64,000 nt of DNA from IMG/VR virus record IMGVR_UViG_3300047554_000670, one strand, 5' to 3'. A program made the position numbers and the translations under genes. Positions 46,806 to 57,369 of the stretch are shown here, piece after piece. A model generated the notes under the pieces. It was not told the DNA's origin. It made no database searches and saw only the letters and a program-made list of their open reading frames with translations. This DNA is from an uncultured virus (IMG/VR IMGVR_UViG_3300047554_000670) (lineage: Duplodnaviria; Heunggongvirae; Uroviricota; Caudoviricetes). Position 1 is the first letter of the stretch. The number at the start of each line of letters is the position of its first letter.

Positions 46806-49800
46806 ATGAGGTCTCAATTCGCTTCAGGAAGAGAACAAATATGTCCCATTACAGTTAATGTTGTATCTGGTAGTTTTACAAGTGCTGTAGCTGGTACTTA
46901 TTACTTCTGGTTACAAGCTCGTAACTGTATTGGATATAACTTACCGAGTACAGTTTCTTCTTGTACTGTAGCTGCTGGACAAGGTATTGAACTTGTATTT
47001 CCTACAGATTGTTTTCGTTCTGGTGAGAATTGGGAAAGATTTGCTGTTACGGTAAACACTATCAATGATGCTAGTAATGCGAGTTTACTAATTGAAATTG
47101 ATGCAACAACTTTAACTCAAGCCCCCATCACACTTCCCTACTCTATAACCCTTAGTAGTGACTCTCATCTTGATATAGAAACTTCTACGGCTACTCTTCC
47201 TACAGGGATGCCAAATGGGTTTGTTCTAGAGTACACAACGAAAGGAAATCTATACAGATACAGTAGTACTTCCGTAGCTCTTCCTAATGGTGATGATGTT
47301 ATTGCTGCATCTCCTAGTGGTAATTGGTTAGCTTTTTATGAAACCAACACTTTTGATATTTATGTTAATGACACCACCTCATCTGTACTTGGTTGTGACG
47401 TAGCTATTGAAGACTTAAATGCACAATATCTAATACAGAATTATTACGGTGTAGATGGTAGTGATAGTAAGTTTAGACGTGTATGGTTATTTAATGACAC
47501 AACTGTAGATGTTGCTGAAGGTGAACGTGTAGGAGTAACCATAGATTTACAAGGTGTAGATGTTAGTGCTAGTTTTACTGACTTATTAACCCTAGTGTTT
47601 GAAGGTTATGTAGAAAAAACTACTGCTGAACTTGATATTTATGAAGATGATGGTGTAACTTTACTTCCTTATGTAGGGGTATTACAGAGTTATACAGGTG
47701 GTAAAAGTAGTTCATTATCAATTCCTAAGACTCTAGGTACTAATGAGGCTTATCAATTAAAGATTTATGCTAACTTTACTAACTCAGACCTTGCTCGTAA
47801 TGGACTAATTCCCGCTTACAATAGCACCATAAGTATAATTCCCTTTATTTATAGCAATAGAGGAGTACAAGTTGGTGTAGGTGCATTTACAGGAGATGCA
47901 ATTCTAGGAGGAGATGACCCTAATCTTCGTCGTGTATATCCTAATGAAGGTTTAGAAGTAATTGTTGATAGCGGTAGCGGGATTGTTAAGCAGTTTTTAT
48001 TTGAAAACGTTCCATCTACTACGGTAGGAGGGTTGTTAAGTAATACACAAGACCAAATTATTAGTATAGATGGGAATGGTTCTGTATTTACGTCTTTATC
48101 TCTTACAGCTAATCTAGCTCAACGTGCATTAGTTTCTACATTAAGTGGACAAAGTGCATACAGTACATTAAGTTCTGTAGGTAATGGGGATGCAAATTCT
48201 ACTCTAAACATTACCGTCACATACCCTACACAAATTAGAAGTAATTATTCTGATGTTATTGCGAGTTCTACTAAAGGAACATTCTTTGCAGAGAGTATTA
48301 GGTTTTATATAAAGAGAACTAATTTAGGTGATTCTTCCATTTCCTTTCGTTATTTTGACCAAGGAGTTACCCCGTCCTTAGCCTCTGACATATATACGCT
48401 GACTTATGAAGATGGGACTACGGATACGGCGATTCCCACAAATACTCCCTATGGTCTCTATAGCCCCGTAACCCCTGTAATATCTTCTATAACAAACACA
48501 ATTCCTGCTGAGAATTACACTTACGAAGTCTGCTATTGTTTCGTATACACAGGTACAAGTATTACAAACATTAGTCATTCTCCTAATGATGGCTGTATTC
48601 AAGAAATCTCTACAACTCTAACAGAAGTAATTGCTAATTCCTTACGTTATGAAGGTGCTTGGGATTCAGGTACAGCTTATGGTGCTGGTGATGTTGTATC
48701 CCATAATGGTATGTGGTGGATTGCAACAAATACGAGTACGGGGGTGACTCCTGCGGTTGGAGCAGCACAATGGACTAATTTTAGTAACGTAAGTTATAAG
48801 GTAAAAAACAGTACCAATGATACAACCCCTGGATTTCTTAGTAATAAGCTTGTAGCGGGTACAGGAATAACACTTACTACACTTAATTCAGGGGCTAACG
48901 AAAGTATAGAGATTAATGCTCCTCCAGCAATAACTGTAGAGAATGAAGGAACCCCTTTACCTCAACGTAGTAATATCAATTTTGTTGGACCGGCTGTTAA
49001 CGCTACTGATGCTAGTCCAGACACCATAGTTGACATCAGAGCATATAATACATTTACGGGAAGTCCTTCTATTGTTACTCCCACCGCTACGGAACAACTT
49101 TTTGTATCCACAGACACCACTCCCAACTTGCTTTATCGCTCTACGGGCACAGGTCCAGGCAACCTATCCCCCATCGGTAGCTATCGAACTTTCACGGGAG
49201 ACCCTACGTTAGTTACACCAACACATACGGGATTGCTCTATATAGCAACTGATAATAATAAACTTTACCGGGCCACAGGTACAACCTTGGGGGCATTAGT
49301 TGAGGTTTCTGGTGGAGGTTCTGGTGGAGGTGGGTCTGACATGACATACACATTGACCAGTAATGCAACACCCGCTTCCGGTGAGATTAAATTGTCTAGT
49401 CTTGATGCACTTAACTTTGGAAGTGCAGGGGGCGGATTTGGAGACACTATCAGAATTAGTGAGACTGATGGCAACGGGGTTTTTGTTGGATATGTCTTAA
49501 GCTCTGTAACACAAGGGGGTTACGTTAAGCTTACGGGACAAGACTCAGGTGCGTTCACATACGCCCGAATCTTTAGTGCTGTGGATTCAGGCTCTTACAG
49601 AACATGGGGGATTAGTCTACTTTCAGGAGGAAGTGGTGAATTTGTCCCTGGAGAAGCTGTGAGTGTTCAAATACTACCTAGCACAGCCCCTCTATATACA
49701 ACCAAAAACGCCAACTTCTCACCAGGATTAAATTCCGAAAGATTTTTCGTGAATGTCTCAGGCGGATCTGTTACTGCGACTTTGCCAAATACGGGAAGCG

Positions 49801-51116
49801 GCCCAAACTATGATGATTCCTTGCACTACCTGTTCAAGGTCATACCGGGGAACAGTAACAACACCCTGACCTTAGCTCGTTCTGGCTCAGACTTGATTGA
49901 TGGAAGTACTTCAGTTGTCTTCTATCAAGGTGAATCAGTTATAGTTCATTCTGATGGTCAAGGTAACTGGTATACCACGGGAAGAGGGCAGAGACTTGTT
50001 CAACTACAGGATGAGGGTGTAAACCAAGGTACAGCGGGACAGGCAACCATTTATAACATCACAGGGGAAGGTGCTTCAGTTAGTGTTTCGGGTAACACAG
50101 CCACAATTAATATTCCTGGTGGAGGTGGACTAACACCGGTCTATGTCACGGCCCCTACAGTTTTGGGGGTCAAAGGCAATCTGTACCAAATTGCAGGGAC
50201 AACCACATTAAATCTACCAGCGGGGGCTAACGGGGACCAAATTGCCATTGTTGACCAACTTCCCAACTTTACCGCTGCCCCACTCACAATCAATCCCAAC
50301 GGTGTTCAAACCATTGCAGGACAATCTTCCCTAGTTTTAGATAGCGACAATGCCTGTGTTTGGCTGGTTTTCTATGGCACGAACTGGGCTATTGTTGCCG
50401 CTGAATCTTTCACAGACTACAGTGCGGGAGGTGGAAGCGCATCTCTGACCTCGTTCAACACAATTGCTGTATCAGGGCAGTCCAATATCGTGGCTGATTC
50501 TGCAAACGATACGGTTACTTTCGTCGCAGGAAGTGGGATTTCTCTCACAACCAATGCCGCTACAGATGCTCTTACCATATCCAATACTGGGCCATTGACC
50601 AGAACGGGAGTATACAGAGAGATTTGGATTGGTGCGGGAGCCATGACCCCTAGAGCAACAAGCGGGGCCGCTATTGCTACAGTAGAGACCACGACGAATG
50701 ACATTGCTTATGACACCCTAGATTTTGACGCTACGACTTCCGAGGGTGCCTGTTTTCAAATTTCAATGCCTGACTCTTGGGACCGGGGTACAATCAAGGC
50801 TCGTTTCTATTGGACCGCAACGAGTGGCAGCGGAACCGTAACATGGGCTATCAAGGGAGGGAGCCTGTCAGATGACGACCTGCTAGACACAGCTTATGGT
50901 ACGGCTCAATCCGTAACTGACACCTTGATTGCAGTCAACGAAATGCACATAACTTCTGCCACAGCATCCGTGACGGTTGCGGGTTCACCGGCATTACAAG
51001 ACTGGATTTATTTTGAAGTAAGTCGAGATATAGCTGATACCTTGGCAGTGGATGCACGGCTCATTGGGGTCAAAATCCAATACCTAGAACTCACGACAGA
51101 GCCGACAGGGTGGTAA
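46806..51116 (+). CDS. Large tail fibre / receptor-binding protein
   Basis: 1436 aa, T/S/G-rich; CBM5/12-like WDSGTAYGAGDVVSHNGMWWIA; LVAGTGITL shaft motifs; internal domain repeats. Confidence 0.8.
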   Translation: MRSQFASGREQICPITVNVVSGSFTSAVAGTYYFWLQARNCIGYNLPSTVSSCTVAAGQGIELVFPTDCFRSGENWERFAVTVNTINDASNASLLIEIDATTLTQAPITLPYSITLSSDSHLDIETSTATLPTGMPNGFVLEYTTKGNLYRYSSTSVALPNGDDVIAASPSGNWLAFYETNTFDIYVNDTTSSVLGCDVAIEDLNAQYLIQNYYGVDGSDSKFRRVWLFNDTTVDVAEGERVGVTIDLQGVDVSASFTDLLTLVFEGYVEKTTAELDIYEDDGVTLLPYVGVLQSYTGGKSSSLSIPKTLGTNEAYQLKIYANFTNSDLARNGLIPAYNSTISIIPFIYSNRGVQVGVGAFTGDAILGGDDPNLRRVYPNEGLEVIVDSGSGIVKQFLFENVPSTTVGGLLSNTQDQIISIDGNGSVFTSLSLTANLAQRALVSTLSGQSAYSTLSSVGNGDANSTLNITVTYPTQIRSNYSDVIASSTKGTFFAESIRFYIKRTNLGDSSISFRYFDQGVTPSLASDIYTLTYEDGTTDTAIPTNTPYGLYSPVTPVISSITNTIPAENYTYEVCYCFVYTGTSITNISHSPNDGCIQEISTTLTEVIANSLRYEGAWDSGTAYGAGDVVSHNGMWWIATNTSTGVTPAVGAAQWTNFSNVSYKVKNSTNDTTPGFLSNKLVAGTGITLTTLNSGANESIEINAPPAITVENEGTPLPQRSNINFVGPAVNATDASPDTIVDIRAYNTFTGSPSIVTPTATEQLFVSTDTTPNLLYRSTGTGPGNLSPIGSYRTFTGDPTLVTPTHTGLLYIATDNNKLYRATGTTLGALVEVSGGGSGGGGSDMTYTLTSNATPASGEIKLSSLDALNFGSAGGGFGDTIRISETDGNGVFVGYVLSSVTQGGYVKLTGQDSGAFTYARIFSAVDSGSYRTWGISLLSGGSGEFVPGEAVSVQILPSTAPLYTTKNANFSPGLNSERFFVNVSGGSVTATLPNTGSGPNYDDSLHYLFKVIPGNSNNTLTLARSGSDLIDGSTSVVFYQGESVIVHSDGQGNWYTTGRGQRLVQLQDEGVNQGTAGQATIYNITGEGASVSVSGNTATINIPGGGGLTPVYVTAPTVLGVKGNLYQIAGTTTLNLPAGANGDQIAIVDQLPNFTAAPLTINPNGVQTIAGQSSLVLDSDNACVWLVFYGTNWAIVAAESFTDYSAGGGSASLTSFNTIAVSGQSNIVADSANDTVTFVAGSGISLTTNAATDALTISNTGPLTRTGVYREIWIGAGAMTPRATSGAAIATVETTTNDIAYDTLDFDATTSEGACFQISMPDSWDRGTIKARFYWTATSGSGTVTWAIKGGSLSDDDLLDTAYGTAQSVTDTLIAVNEMHITSATASVTVAGSPALQDWIYFEVSRDIADTLAVDARLIGVKIQYLELTTEPTGW

Positions 51117-51119
51117 AAG

Positions 51120-51845
51120 ATGAATCCATATTTATTACATCGAAGAAAAGCCTTTAGACAAACAGGAGATCCTTTTTGGGCCAACGTGGTTTTTCTGCAA
51201 AACTTCCAGGGCACAAATGGCTCCAAGCCCGCTACAGAGCAAGGCCCACTAGCCCTTCCCATAACCTGGAATGGGGACGCTGTAATTAGTACGGCGCAGA
51301 GTCCTTTTGCGGGTGGGAGTAGCCTCGCGCTGGATGGGACAGGAGATTCAATCCAGTCCCCCGACTCGGAAGCATTTAATCTTTCTGGGGATTTTACTGC
51401 GGAATTTTGGCTTTATCCCTCAGCGAACCCTAGCGTTGTCTACCTGCTGGGTCAGACAGTGGCAAACACGTATGCCCCAGTATTACCTTTTGTCGCCAGT
51501 GGTGGGCTAGGAATTGCAGCATCCGCCACTGGTTCTAGCTGGTTCATCAACAACTTTGCGACCGGTGCTCCCTCCCTAGCACTGAGTACATGGGTATATA
51601 TTGCATTTACCCGATCTGGGAATTCGTGGCGATGCTGGATTGGGGTCTCTGGAGCAACAACACAGTACCTGATAGGCACGGGCACATATTCAGGCACACC
51701 CTACAACAGCACACTCCCCCTGATTTTGGGAGGTGCAAATTCTCTTTACTATTTTCAAGGGTATATCGGCCCAGTCCGTATTACCAAGGGCGTTGCCCGC
51801 AATGTTTCCATTGTCCCCACAGCACCATTCCCCACTGGACCCTAA
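51120..51845 (+). CDS. LamG/concanavalin A-like domain protein
   Basis: DPFWANVVFL...SSLALDGTGD...GDFTAEFWLYP...FQGYIGPVRITKGVAR. Confidence 0.85.
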   Translation: MNPYLLHRRKAFRQTGDPFWANVVFLQNFQGTNGSKPATEQGPLALPITWNGDAVISTAQSPFAGGSSLALDGTGDSIQSPDSEAFNLSGDFTAEFWLYPSANPSVVYLLGQTVANTYAPVLPFVASGGLGIAASATGSSWFINNFATGAPSLALSTWVYIAFTRSGNSWRCWIGVSGATTQYLIGTGTYSGTPYNSTLPLILGGANSLYYFQGYIGPVRITKGVARNVSIVPTAPFPTGP

Positions 51846-51848
51846 CCC

Positions 51849-52169
51849 ATGGCAACCCTAACTTCTCTTTACACTCGAATCGACTCTTTCCCTGTCGCAA
51901 CCATCTCGACAAGCACCACGCTCTCTAGCACTAACTCCTATCGTTACAGGCTGAATGCAACTGGGGGGAATATAGTTCTTACCCTTCCTCTTGCTGCATC
52001 ATCTGCGACCATCCTGCATACATTAAAACGGATTGACAACGCTGCCAATACAGTTACTGTTGTTAGATCGGGATCAGACCTAATTGATGGGGAAACCTCC
52101 TTTACGCTTCAGCCCTATGAAGCTGTTATTGTTGAGGCCGATGGTGTTTCTAACTGGTTCATTTCATAG
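51849..52169 (+). CDS. Small fibre-associated domain protein
   Basis: NATGGNIVLTLP...NTVTVVRSGSDLIDG, homologous to an internal domain of 46806..51116. Confidence 0.7.
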   Translation: MATLTSLYTRIDSFPVATISTSTTLSSTNSYRYRLNATGGNIVLTLPLAASSATILHTLKRIDNAANTVTVVRSGSDLIDGETSFTLQPYEAVIVEADGVSNWFIS

Positions 52170-52180
52170 GAGATTTATTT

Positions 52181-52975
52181 ATGGCTTTATTGCGACGAGT
52201 TAATACTTATAATGGCTTTGATTCTTGGAGGGCGCTTTATGAGGGCCAACTAGATGGGAAGATTTTCCAAAGCTTCAACATCCCTGCAAGACGCTCCGCA
52301 TTTTCTACCACTACTGAGCTTGAAGATATTGCAGAATACCTAACTACGCCAAGCATTCCTGAACCCACAGGAGCACAATCCTGGGAAGTCGTGAGCAGTT
52401 CTGCTAATGATGCGGCTGCGGGAACGGGAACAAGGACCGTAGAGGTGCATTATCTGGATAATTCCTGGCTGTCACAAACGGCAACGGTTACGCTCAACGG
52501 AACAACACCCGTAGCTATTGCAGCTATGGCCAATTGTCGGGCAATCAACTGGCTGCACAGTAAAACCGTAGGAAGTGGGGGCAAGGCTGCGGGGAATATT
52601 GACCTTCGAGTTGCAGGGGGTGGGGCAATCCATGAGCGTATTACAGCAGGCGGAAACCAAAGTCTATCAAGCTTGTTCACCGTGCCTGAGGGCTACTATG
52701 CCGTAGTCGATAGATGGGGCGCTGGAGTCTCCACAAACCACAGCCAAGACTTTCGATTGCGAGCTACCTGTGAACGTGATTCGAGAGATTTGCTCGATGG
52801 GGTGCCCCCGGTGTACCTGTTTCAAGACCAAATCGTGCTAGACAATGCTACTCATAGCAGAGAAATTTCACCTTTACTGTTCAAGCCACGGACCCGAATC
52901 AAAGTATCCGCAATCTCTGGTAGCCTAGCCGCTATTGCTAACTCAAGTTTTAACATTCATTTGGTACAGATTTAA
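52181..52975 (+). CDS. Virion structural protein
   Basis: EVVSSSANDAAAGTGTRTVEVHYLD...TVTLNGTTPV motif; AGGAG RBS. Confidence 0.7.
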   Translation: MALLRRVNTYNGFDSWRALYEGQLDGKIFQSFNIPARRSAFSTTTELEDIAEYLTTPSIPEPTGAQSWEVVSSSANDAAAGTGTRTVEVHYLDNSWLSQTATVTLNGTTPVAIAAMANCRAINWLHSKTVGSGGKAAGNIDLRVAGGGAIHERITAGGNQSLSSLFTVPEGYYAVVDRWGAGVSTNHSQDFRLRATCERDSRDLLDGVPPVYLFQDQIVLDNATHSREISPLLFKPRTRIKVSAISGSLAAIANSSFNIHLVQI

Positions 52976-52980
52976 TTACT

Positions 52981-53292
52981 ATGACCTTAAATGCAAAAGA
53001 AGCTTTTCATATTCTTACACCACAAGATAAAAGTAATATGTTAGGAGAAACATCCTCTTTTCTTTCGTGGTGTAGCTCACAGTATACAAATATTGCAGTA
53101 GATACAACTTGGTTAGATAGTGTATTAGGAGGTTGTCAACCTAAAGATAACTACACACTCTATAGTGTATTTCTCTCTGTGTTTAATGAAAGAAATGATG
53201 AAGTTAAAACCAACCTAATCAATCTATATACAGTTACAGGAATACTTACTGAATCTACTAAAAATAATCTACTTAGTAATTTAGCTAACTAG
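52981..53292 (+). CDS. Hypothetical protein
   Basis: 103-aa ORF at the end of the operon. Confidence 0.6.
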   Translation: MTLNAKEAFHILTPQDKSNMLGETSSFLSWCSSQYTNIAVDTTWLDSVLGGCQPKDNYTLYSVFLSVFNERNDEVKTNLINLYTVTGILTESTKNNLLSNLAN

Positions 53293-53302
53293 GTATTCTG
53301 GT

Positions 53303-54913
53303 TTACGGAGAATAGTAAGAGAAAGTTAACACCTCAGGTGGATTATCTACAGATTCTGGATCACTCCCAAATTTTGAATTAGCCCAAGCTTGAATCCGTT
53401 GCTGGTACTCACGGTCTGGCACTAGGTCACAGGTAGGGTTAGTACTGGAGACCCGATAGCCTTCGATAGTGAGGGGATCCCCAGAGATGATGCTGTCATT
53501 GATTATGCCGAACGTGGGGGGGTCGTAGGCTTTGCGTCGGGTTGGTAGATAGTTGAGTAATCGGTCAGTCTGATAATCGTTCAGGCACTCATCAGGGGAC
53601 ACCGGAGGGGTAACCGTTGCCCCCCATTCCAGGTTTACGCTCTTGGGATTATCCCGGAAGTCCTCAAGGGTGACAGGATCAGGGCTGAAGACCAAATCCT
53701 CTAAGGCTTGACCTTCGGCATACTGTGAGGTTCCATCGTCGTAGTAGCGACGAGCATATATTTTACGGCGTTGGATGTTCTTCTTGCCGTAAAATCCGTA
53801 GATTCGCTCCTCTAGGTAGCTAGGGCCATCTGTTCTGACTTCCTCTGTGGGGTATCCAGCAGACCCTGATGGAGTTTCATAAACAATTACCCACGTAATC
53901 CACCCCTGAGAGTCTATGTATGACCATGACCGACCCCATTGACGATCACACAATATTTCAACATCGGACAGGCTGATACTGGCGCTAGCACTGGCATCAA
54001 TAATTAGGGTTGCGGCTGAATCGAGACTAGACAGAGCGTGGATCCTGAATTCGTCAACATAAGGCGCGGTATCTGAACTTTGCCCTGTAAACGCAAAATC
54101 GAATGATGACCCCCCGATCGTGTTTACTCCATCAAAGAAAGCACCTACGTCAGTTTGACTTTCAAAAGGAATCAGTTCAATAGCAGACCCTCCATTATTC
54201 TCGGACGATATTGCAAAAGACCGTGATGCACTAACAGACCCCCTAAGTGCTAGCCCGCTGAACGTTGCTGAGTAAGTGGCCTCTATAAACCACCCTGTCG
54301 TATCAGTGCCCATAGATGCGCTCGTAGATATCGAGACTGAATTACCCGTTTGATTGAATGTTGCTGAGCCAGTAGGGGGAGGACCAACGGGGAAGATGCT
54401 ACCAATACTAACTCCCCCAACAAACTCTAGCGTCCCCAAGTCTCTCCATTCCAAAGGTATTGACGTGGCCAGTGTGTATTTGCCATCAATTAGTAGATAA
54501 ATTTCAATATCATTTAGGAGTTCAGGGTTTTGTTCATAGTACGGGTTGAATGTAGGGGTCACCATCTCATCCCGTCTGATACTAGGCACATACCGATACA
54601 GCAATCCCACAGAAGGCACTATGTTTCGTCGTACAGGCTCTGGAGCAATATACTTCCTTGTAAATGTTCTTTCGTTAAGTACGGGATTAAACTCTTCTCT
54701 CACCCCATAGTACGTACCATTCTTGGTATCTCTAAATACCCATACTTTATTTCCTGGATATATGTCACATAAAGCTGTAACTGATAAACCTTGATAACGA
54801 AAGGAATTATTAGCTTTACATCCTACCGTAGCATTTATAACTAAATTATCATTGGTATTTTTAATTAAAGGTTCAATCAGGCTTCGTAGTAGGTTTCTCT
54901 GTTCAGTATTCAC
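53303..54913 (-). CDS. Hypothetical tail-associated protein in inverted orientation, with GC-richer C-terminal region
   Basis: 536-aa ORF, GTG start; N-terminus similar to 46616..46798. Confidence 0.65.
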   Translation of the reverse strand: MNTEQRNLLRSLIEPLIKNTNDNLVINATVGCKANNSFRYQGLSVTALCDIYPGNKVWVFRDTKNGTYYGVREEFNPVLNERTFTRKYIAPEPVRRNIVPSVGLLYRYVPSIRRDEMVTPTFNPYYEQNPELLNDIEIYLLIDGKYTLATSIPLEWRDLGTLEFVGGVSIGSIFPVGPPPTGSATFNQTGNSVSISTSASMGTDTTGWFIEATYSATFSGLALRGSVSASRSFAISSENNGGSAIELIPFESQTDVGAFFDGVNTIGGSSFDFAFTGQSSDTAPYVDEFRIHALSSLDSAATLIIDASASASISLSDVEILCDRQWGRSWSYIDSQGWITWVIVYETPSGSAGYPTEEVRTDGPSYLEERIYGFYGKKNIQRRKIYARRYYDDGTSQYAEGQALEDLVFSPDPVTLEDFRDNPKSVNLEWGATVTPPVSPDECLNDYQTDRLLNYLPTRRKAYDPPTFGIINDSIISGDPLTIEGYRVSSTNPTCDLVPDREYQQRIQAWANSKFGSDPESVDNPPEVLTFSYYSP

Positions 54914-54966
54914 TTAAATATCTATAGAGTTATAATGTCTGAAGATATCATACAGTAAAAACAATT

Positions 54967-56370
54967 ATGTCAACTAGAAATATGGATAATTCTGAGACTA
55001 ACAGACCCTCTTATAGTGCTGAAGAAAGAGAGAAGCAAGGAATTAGACTACGAGAATTCAAACCTTCTATCCCTGTACCTCATGAAGGTCAACGTACTCG
55101 AACTATTAATAGGCTTACTCAAAACTTTCTACAAGAGTTATTTAATAATGATCGAGACCTTCCTAAATATATTGAAGCAGCTAAGACCGACTCCTATATC
55201 CGTAGTTGTCAAGAACTTAAGTGTTTACGTTTAGCAAATAAGATTGGAAAGTATACCCATAGTGATGCTTCCATACAAGCTTGGGTTAGAAGTAATTTTG
55301 ATAACATTAACGGTCGTCTACACCATATTGTAGGTAGATTAGGTTCAGCTATGGCCTACGGATTCTCTAATGCAGAGATTATCTTTAGTGCTAAGATTCC
55401 TGGACATAAAGGGCAATGGAGACTTAAGGGTCTTAACGTACTCGATCAAACTAGAACTACTTTTGAAGGTCTTGATGGTGAAGTCAAATATCTGGTCTAT
55501 AGAGATGGTAAGAATGTAAAAACTCGTGTCCCTTATGAGAGTTGTTTACATCTAGTAAATGGGTATTCGTCTAATATATATAATTCAGACTTCGTATTTG
55601 GTGACCCTGAAGCTAAAACTGCGTATAAATATTATCTAGCTAAACAAGCTATTCTTGCTGAGATGATGATTGCAGCTAAGAATAATGCTACAGGGATATT
55701 GCTAGGGAAAGTTGATAGTAATGAATGGGTTGAGATGACTGATGCTCAAGGTAAACCTATTGTAGGTAATGATGGTCAAAGTAAGACTGAACCGGCTGCA
55801 ATGAACTTACTAAGACAACTTATTGCTACTGAGAATAATTCTGTAATTGTTACTGATAATAAGAACAATGTAACTCCACTAATCATGCCTACAAGTGAAG
55901 GTTTCTGGAATATGAGTATTGAAATTCTAAATAAGCATATTCAAAGAGCCTACGGTATCCCATCTCTTATGTTTGAGGAAGGAAGTAGCAGTATGGGTAT
56001 GAATAGTTTAGGAAAACAACATAGTACGGTACTGGATGCACAGATTGAAAGTTTAGTACAACAACTACAGGACCAACTAATTGAAAAGATAGTACGTCCC
56101 CTATTGGTATATAACTTTGGAATTAAGGATGACTTTGGTGAATTTCAATCAGACAGAACATTAGACCCTGAAGTAGCAAATATTCGCATTCAGAGTCTAA
56201 TTTCTGCTATGTCTGCTCAGGTTATCCCTACAACTAACCTTAATGTAATCAATAGCTTGTTATCTCTGCTAGATGTTCCTACACTAACAGAAACAGATTG
56301 GGCTTATCAAGTACAAAGAGATATTGCTAAACAGACTATGGTTAACCAAGCTATGTATGGGCAAATGTAA
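54967..56370 (+). CDS. Portal protein (DUF935 / Mu gp29-like)
   Basis: D.YIRSC.E...AMAYGFSNAEIIF...S.SLGKQH...L..QLIEKIVRPLLVYNFG. Confidence 0.85.
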   Translation: MSTRNMDNSETNRPSYSAEEREKQGIRLREFKPSIPVPHEGQRTRTINRLTQNFLQELFNNDRDLPKYIEAAKTDSYIRSCQELKCLRLANKIGKYTHSDASIQAWVRSNFDNINGRLHHIVGRLGSAMAYGFSNAEIIFSAKIPGHKGQWRLKGLNVLDQTRTTFEGLDGEVKYLVYRDGKNVKTRVPYESCLHLVNGYSSNIYNSDFVFGDPEAKTAYKYYLAKQAILAEMMIAAKNNATGILLGKVDSNEWVEMTDAQGKPIVGNDGQSKTEPAAMNLLRQLIATENNSVIVTDNKNNVTPLIMPTSEGFWNMSIEILNKHIQRAYGIPSLMFEEGSSSMGMNSLGKQHSTVLDAQIESLVQQLQDQLIEKIVRPLLVYNFGIKDDFGEFQSDRTLDPEVANIRIQSLISAMSAQVIPTTNLNVINSLLSLLDVPTLTETDWAYQVQRDIAKQTMVNQAMYGQM

Positions 56371-56383
56371 GACACTACATGTA

Positions 56384-56884
56384 TTACAAACAAATCTCTA
56401 CAGAGGCATCCTCTTTCGTTAGAACAACGCTAGAGCCTTGGAAGGTTAACATAGTGGTCCAATAATAAGAACACCCATTGATTTGAGCGTCATTAGGAAT
56501 CCATTGGCCTCCACTAACTGTATGTGTATTGGTTACACAATAATTATTATCGTTAGCTGTACCTGAGCTAAAAGTTGCTGTATTGTTAGACTTAAGAGAT
56601 AGAGGAATTGCCATAGAAGCATCTAGAGTTGTAATATCAGAAGGACAAGAACCCTCAGTTGTAGGTACAGCTACAAAAGGATGTCCTACAGCACTTACAA
56701 TCTGACCTTCATTTCCAACTACAGCAACTTCAATAGTAAACTCAGCTTTATTTACAGGGGGAGTAAATTCTGTACTTCCCGATGGTGTACTATCATAGTT
56801 CTCATATCGATCATCCTCACAAGACACTAGAAAACTTGATAGACCAATCAAACTAAGACTAAGCACAGTATTTTTAATCTTCAT
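56384..56884 (-). CDS. Lipoprotein
   Basis: MKIK plus hydrophobic stretch plus LVSC lipobox. Confidence 0.7.
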   Translation of the reverse strand: MKIKNTVLSLSLIGLSSFLVSCEDDRYENYDSTPSGSTEFTPPVNKAEFTIEVAVVGNEGQIVSAVGHPFVAVPTTEGSCPSDITTLDASMAIPLSLKSNNTATFSSGTANDNNYCVTNTHTVSGGQWIPNDAQINGCSYYWTTMLTFQGSSVVLTKEDASVEICL

Positions 56885-56888
56885 ATTT

Positions 56889-57074
56889 TTAATCCTTAAT
56901 ATACAGGAACATAATCCCGACTAGACAAAGAGCAACTAAAACCAATTGAGCGATTTCGGTAGCTACTAATACATTATCGCTCATAAACACAGATGTACGT
57001 TCTAGAGAACCATATAGGAACCCTAGAAGTAAGGAAGTCTTAATAAACCACTGTAAATTGTTAATCATCCTCAT
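56889..57074 (-). CDS. Small two-helix membrane protein
   Basis: Two hydrophobic segments in 61 aa. Confidence 0.6.
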   Translation of the reverse strand: MRMINNLQWFIKTSLLLGFLYGSLERTSVFMSDNVLVATEIAQLVLVALCLVGIMFLYIKD

Positions 57075-57369
57075 CCTCTATAGAATACTGGTATTGGTCT
57101 AATGCTCGTTCAAAAGGGTCATACCCTATTAGTGTTGTACTTTGAAAAGTCTTAAGAAGCTTATCAATTAGTTCTTCATCTTCACTAACTAGGGTTACGT
57201 GTTCAAACCAGTCAACATCAAACTCAGAGTGCTTACCCAGACATTCAGAAAATCCAATTGTAGGATAAATTTCATTAGCTCTATCTAAATCTTCTTTACT
57301 AACAATAAATAACCCACTAAGAGTTCCAAACCTAGAAACATTGTATTCAAACTTATAAAGCCCTAACAT
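57061..57369 (-). CDS. Conserved phage hypothetical protein
   Basis: R.G.LSGLFI...F.E.LGKHSE...GYDPF. Confidence 0.7.
   Translation of the reverse strand: MLGLYKFEYNVSRFGTLSGLFIVSKEDLDRANEIYPTIGFSECLGKHSEFDVDWFEHVTLVSEDEELIDKLLKTFQSTTLIGYDPFERALDQYQYSIEDEDD

Noticed and set aside
46806..54913. Diversity-generating retroelement or invertase shufflon acting on fibre genes
   Set aside because: No reverse transcriptase or recombinase in the window, and I saw no near-identical TR/VR pair or recombination-site repeats
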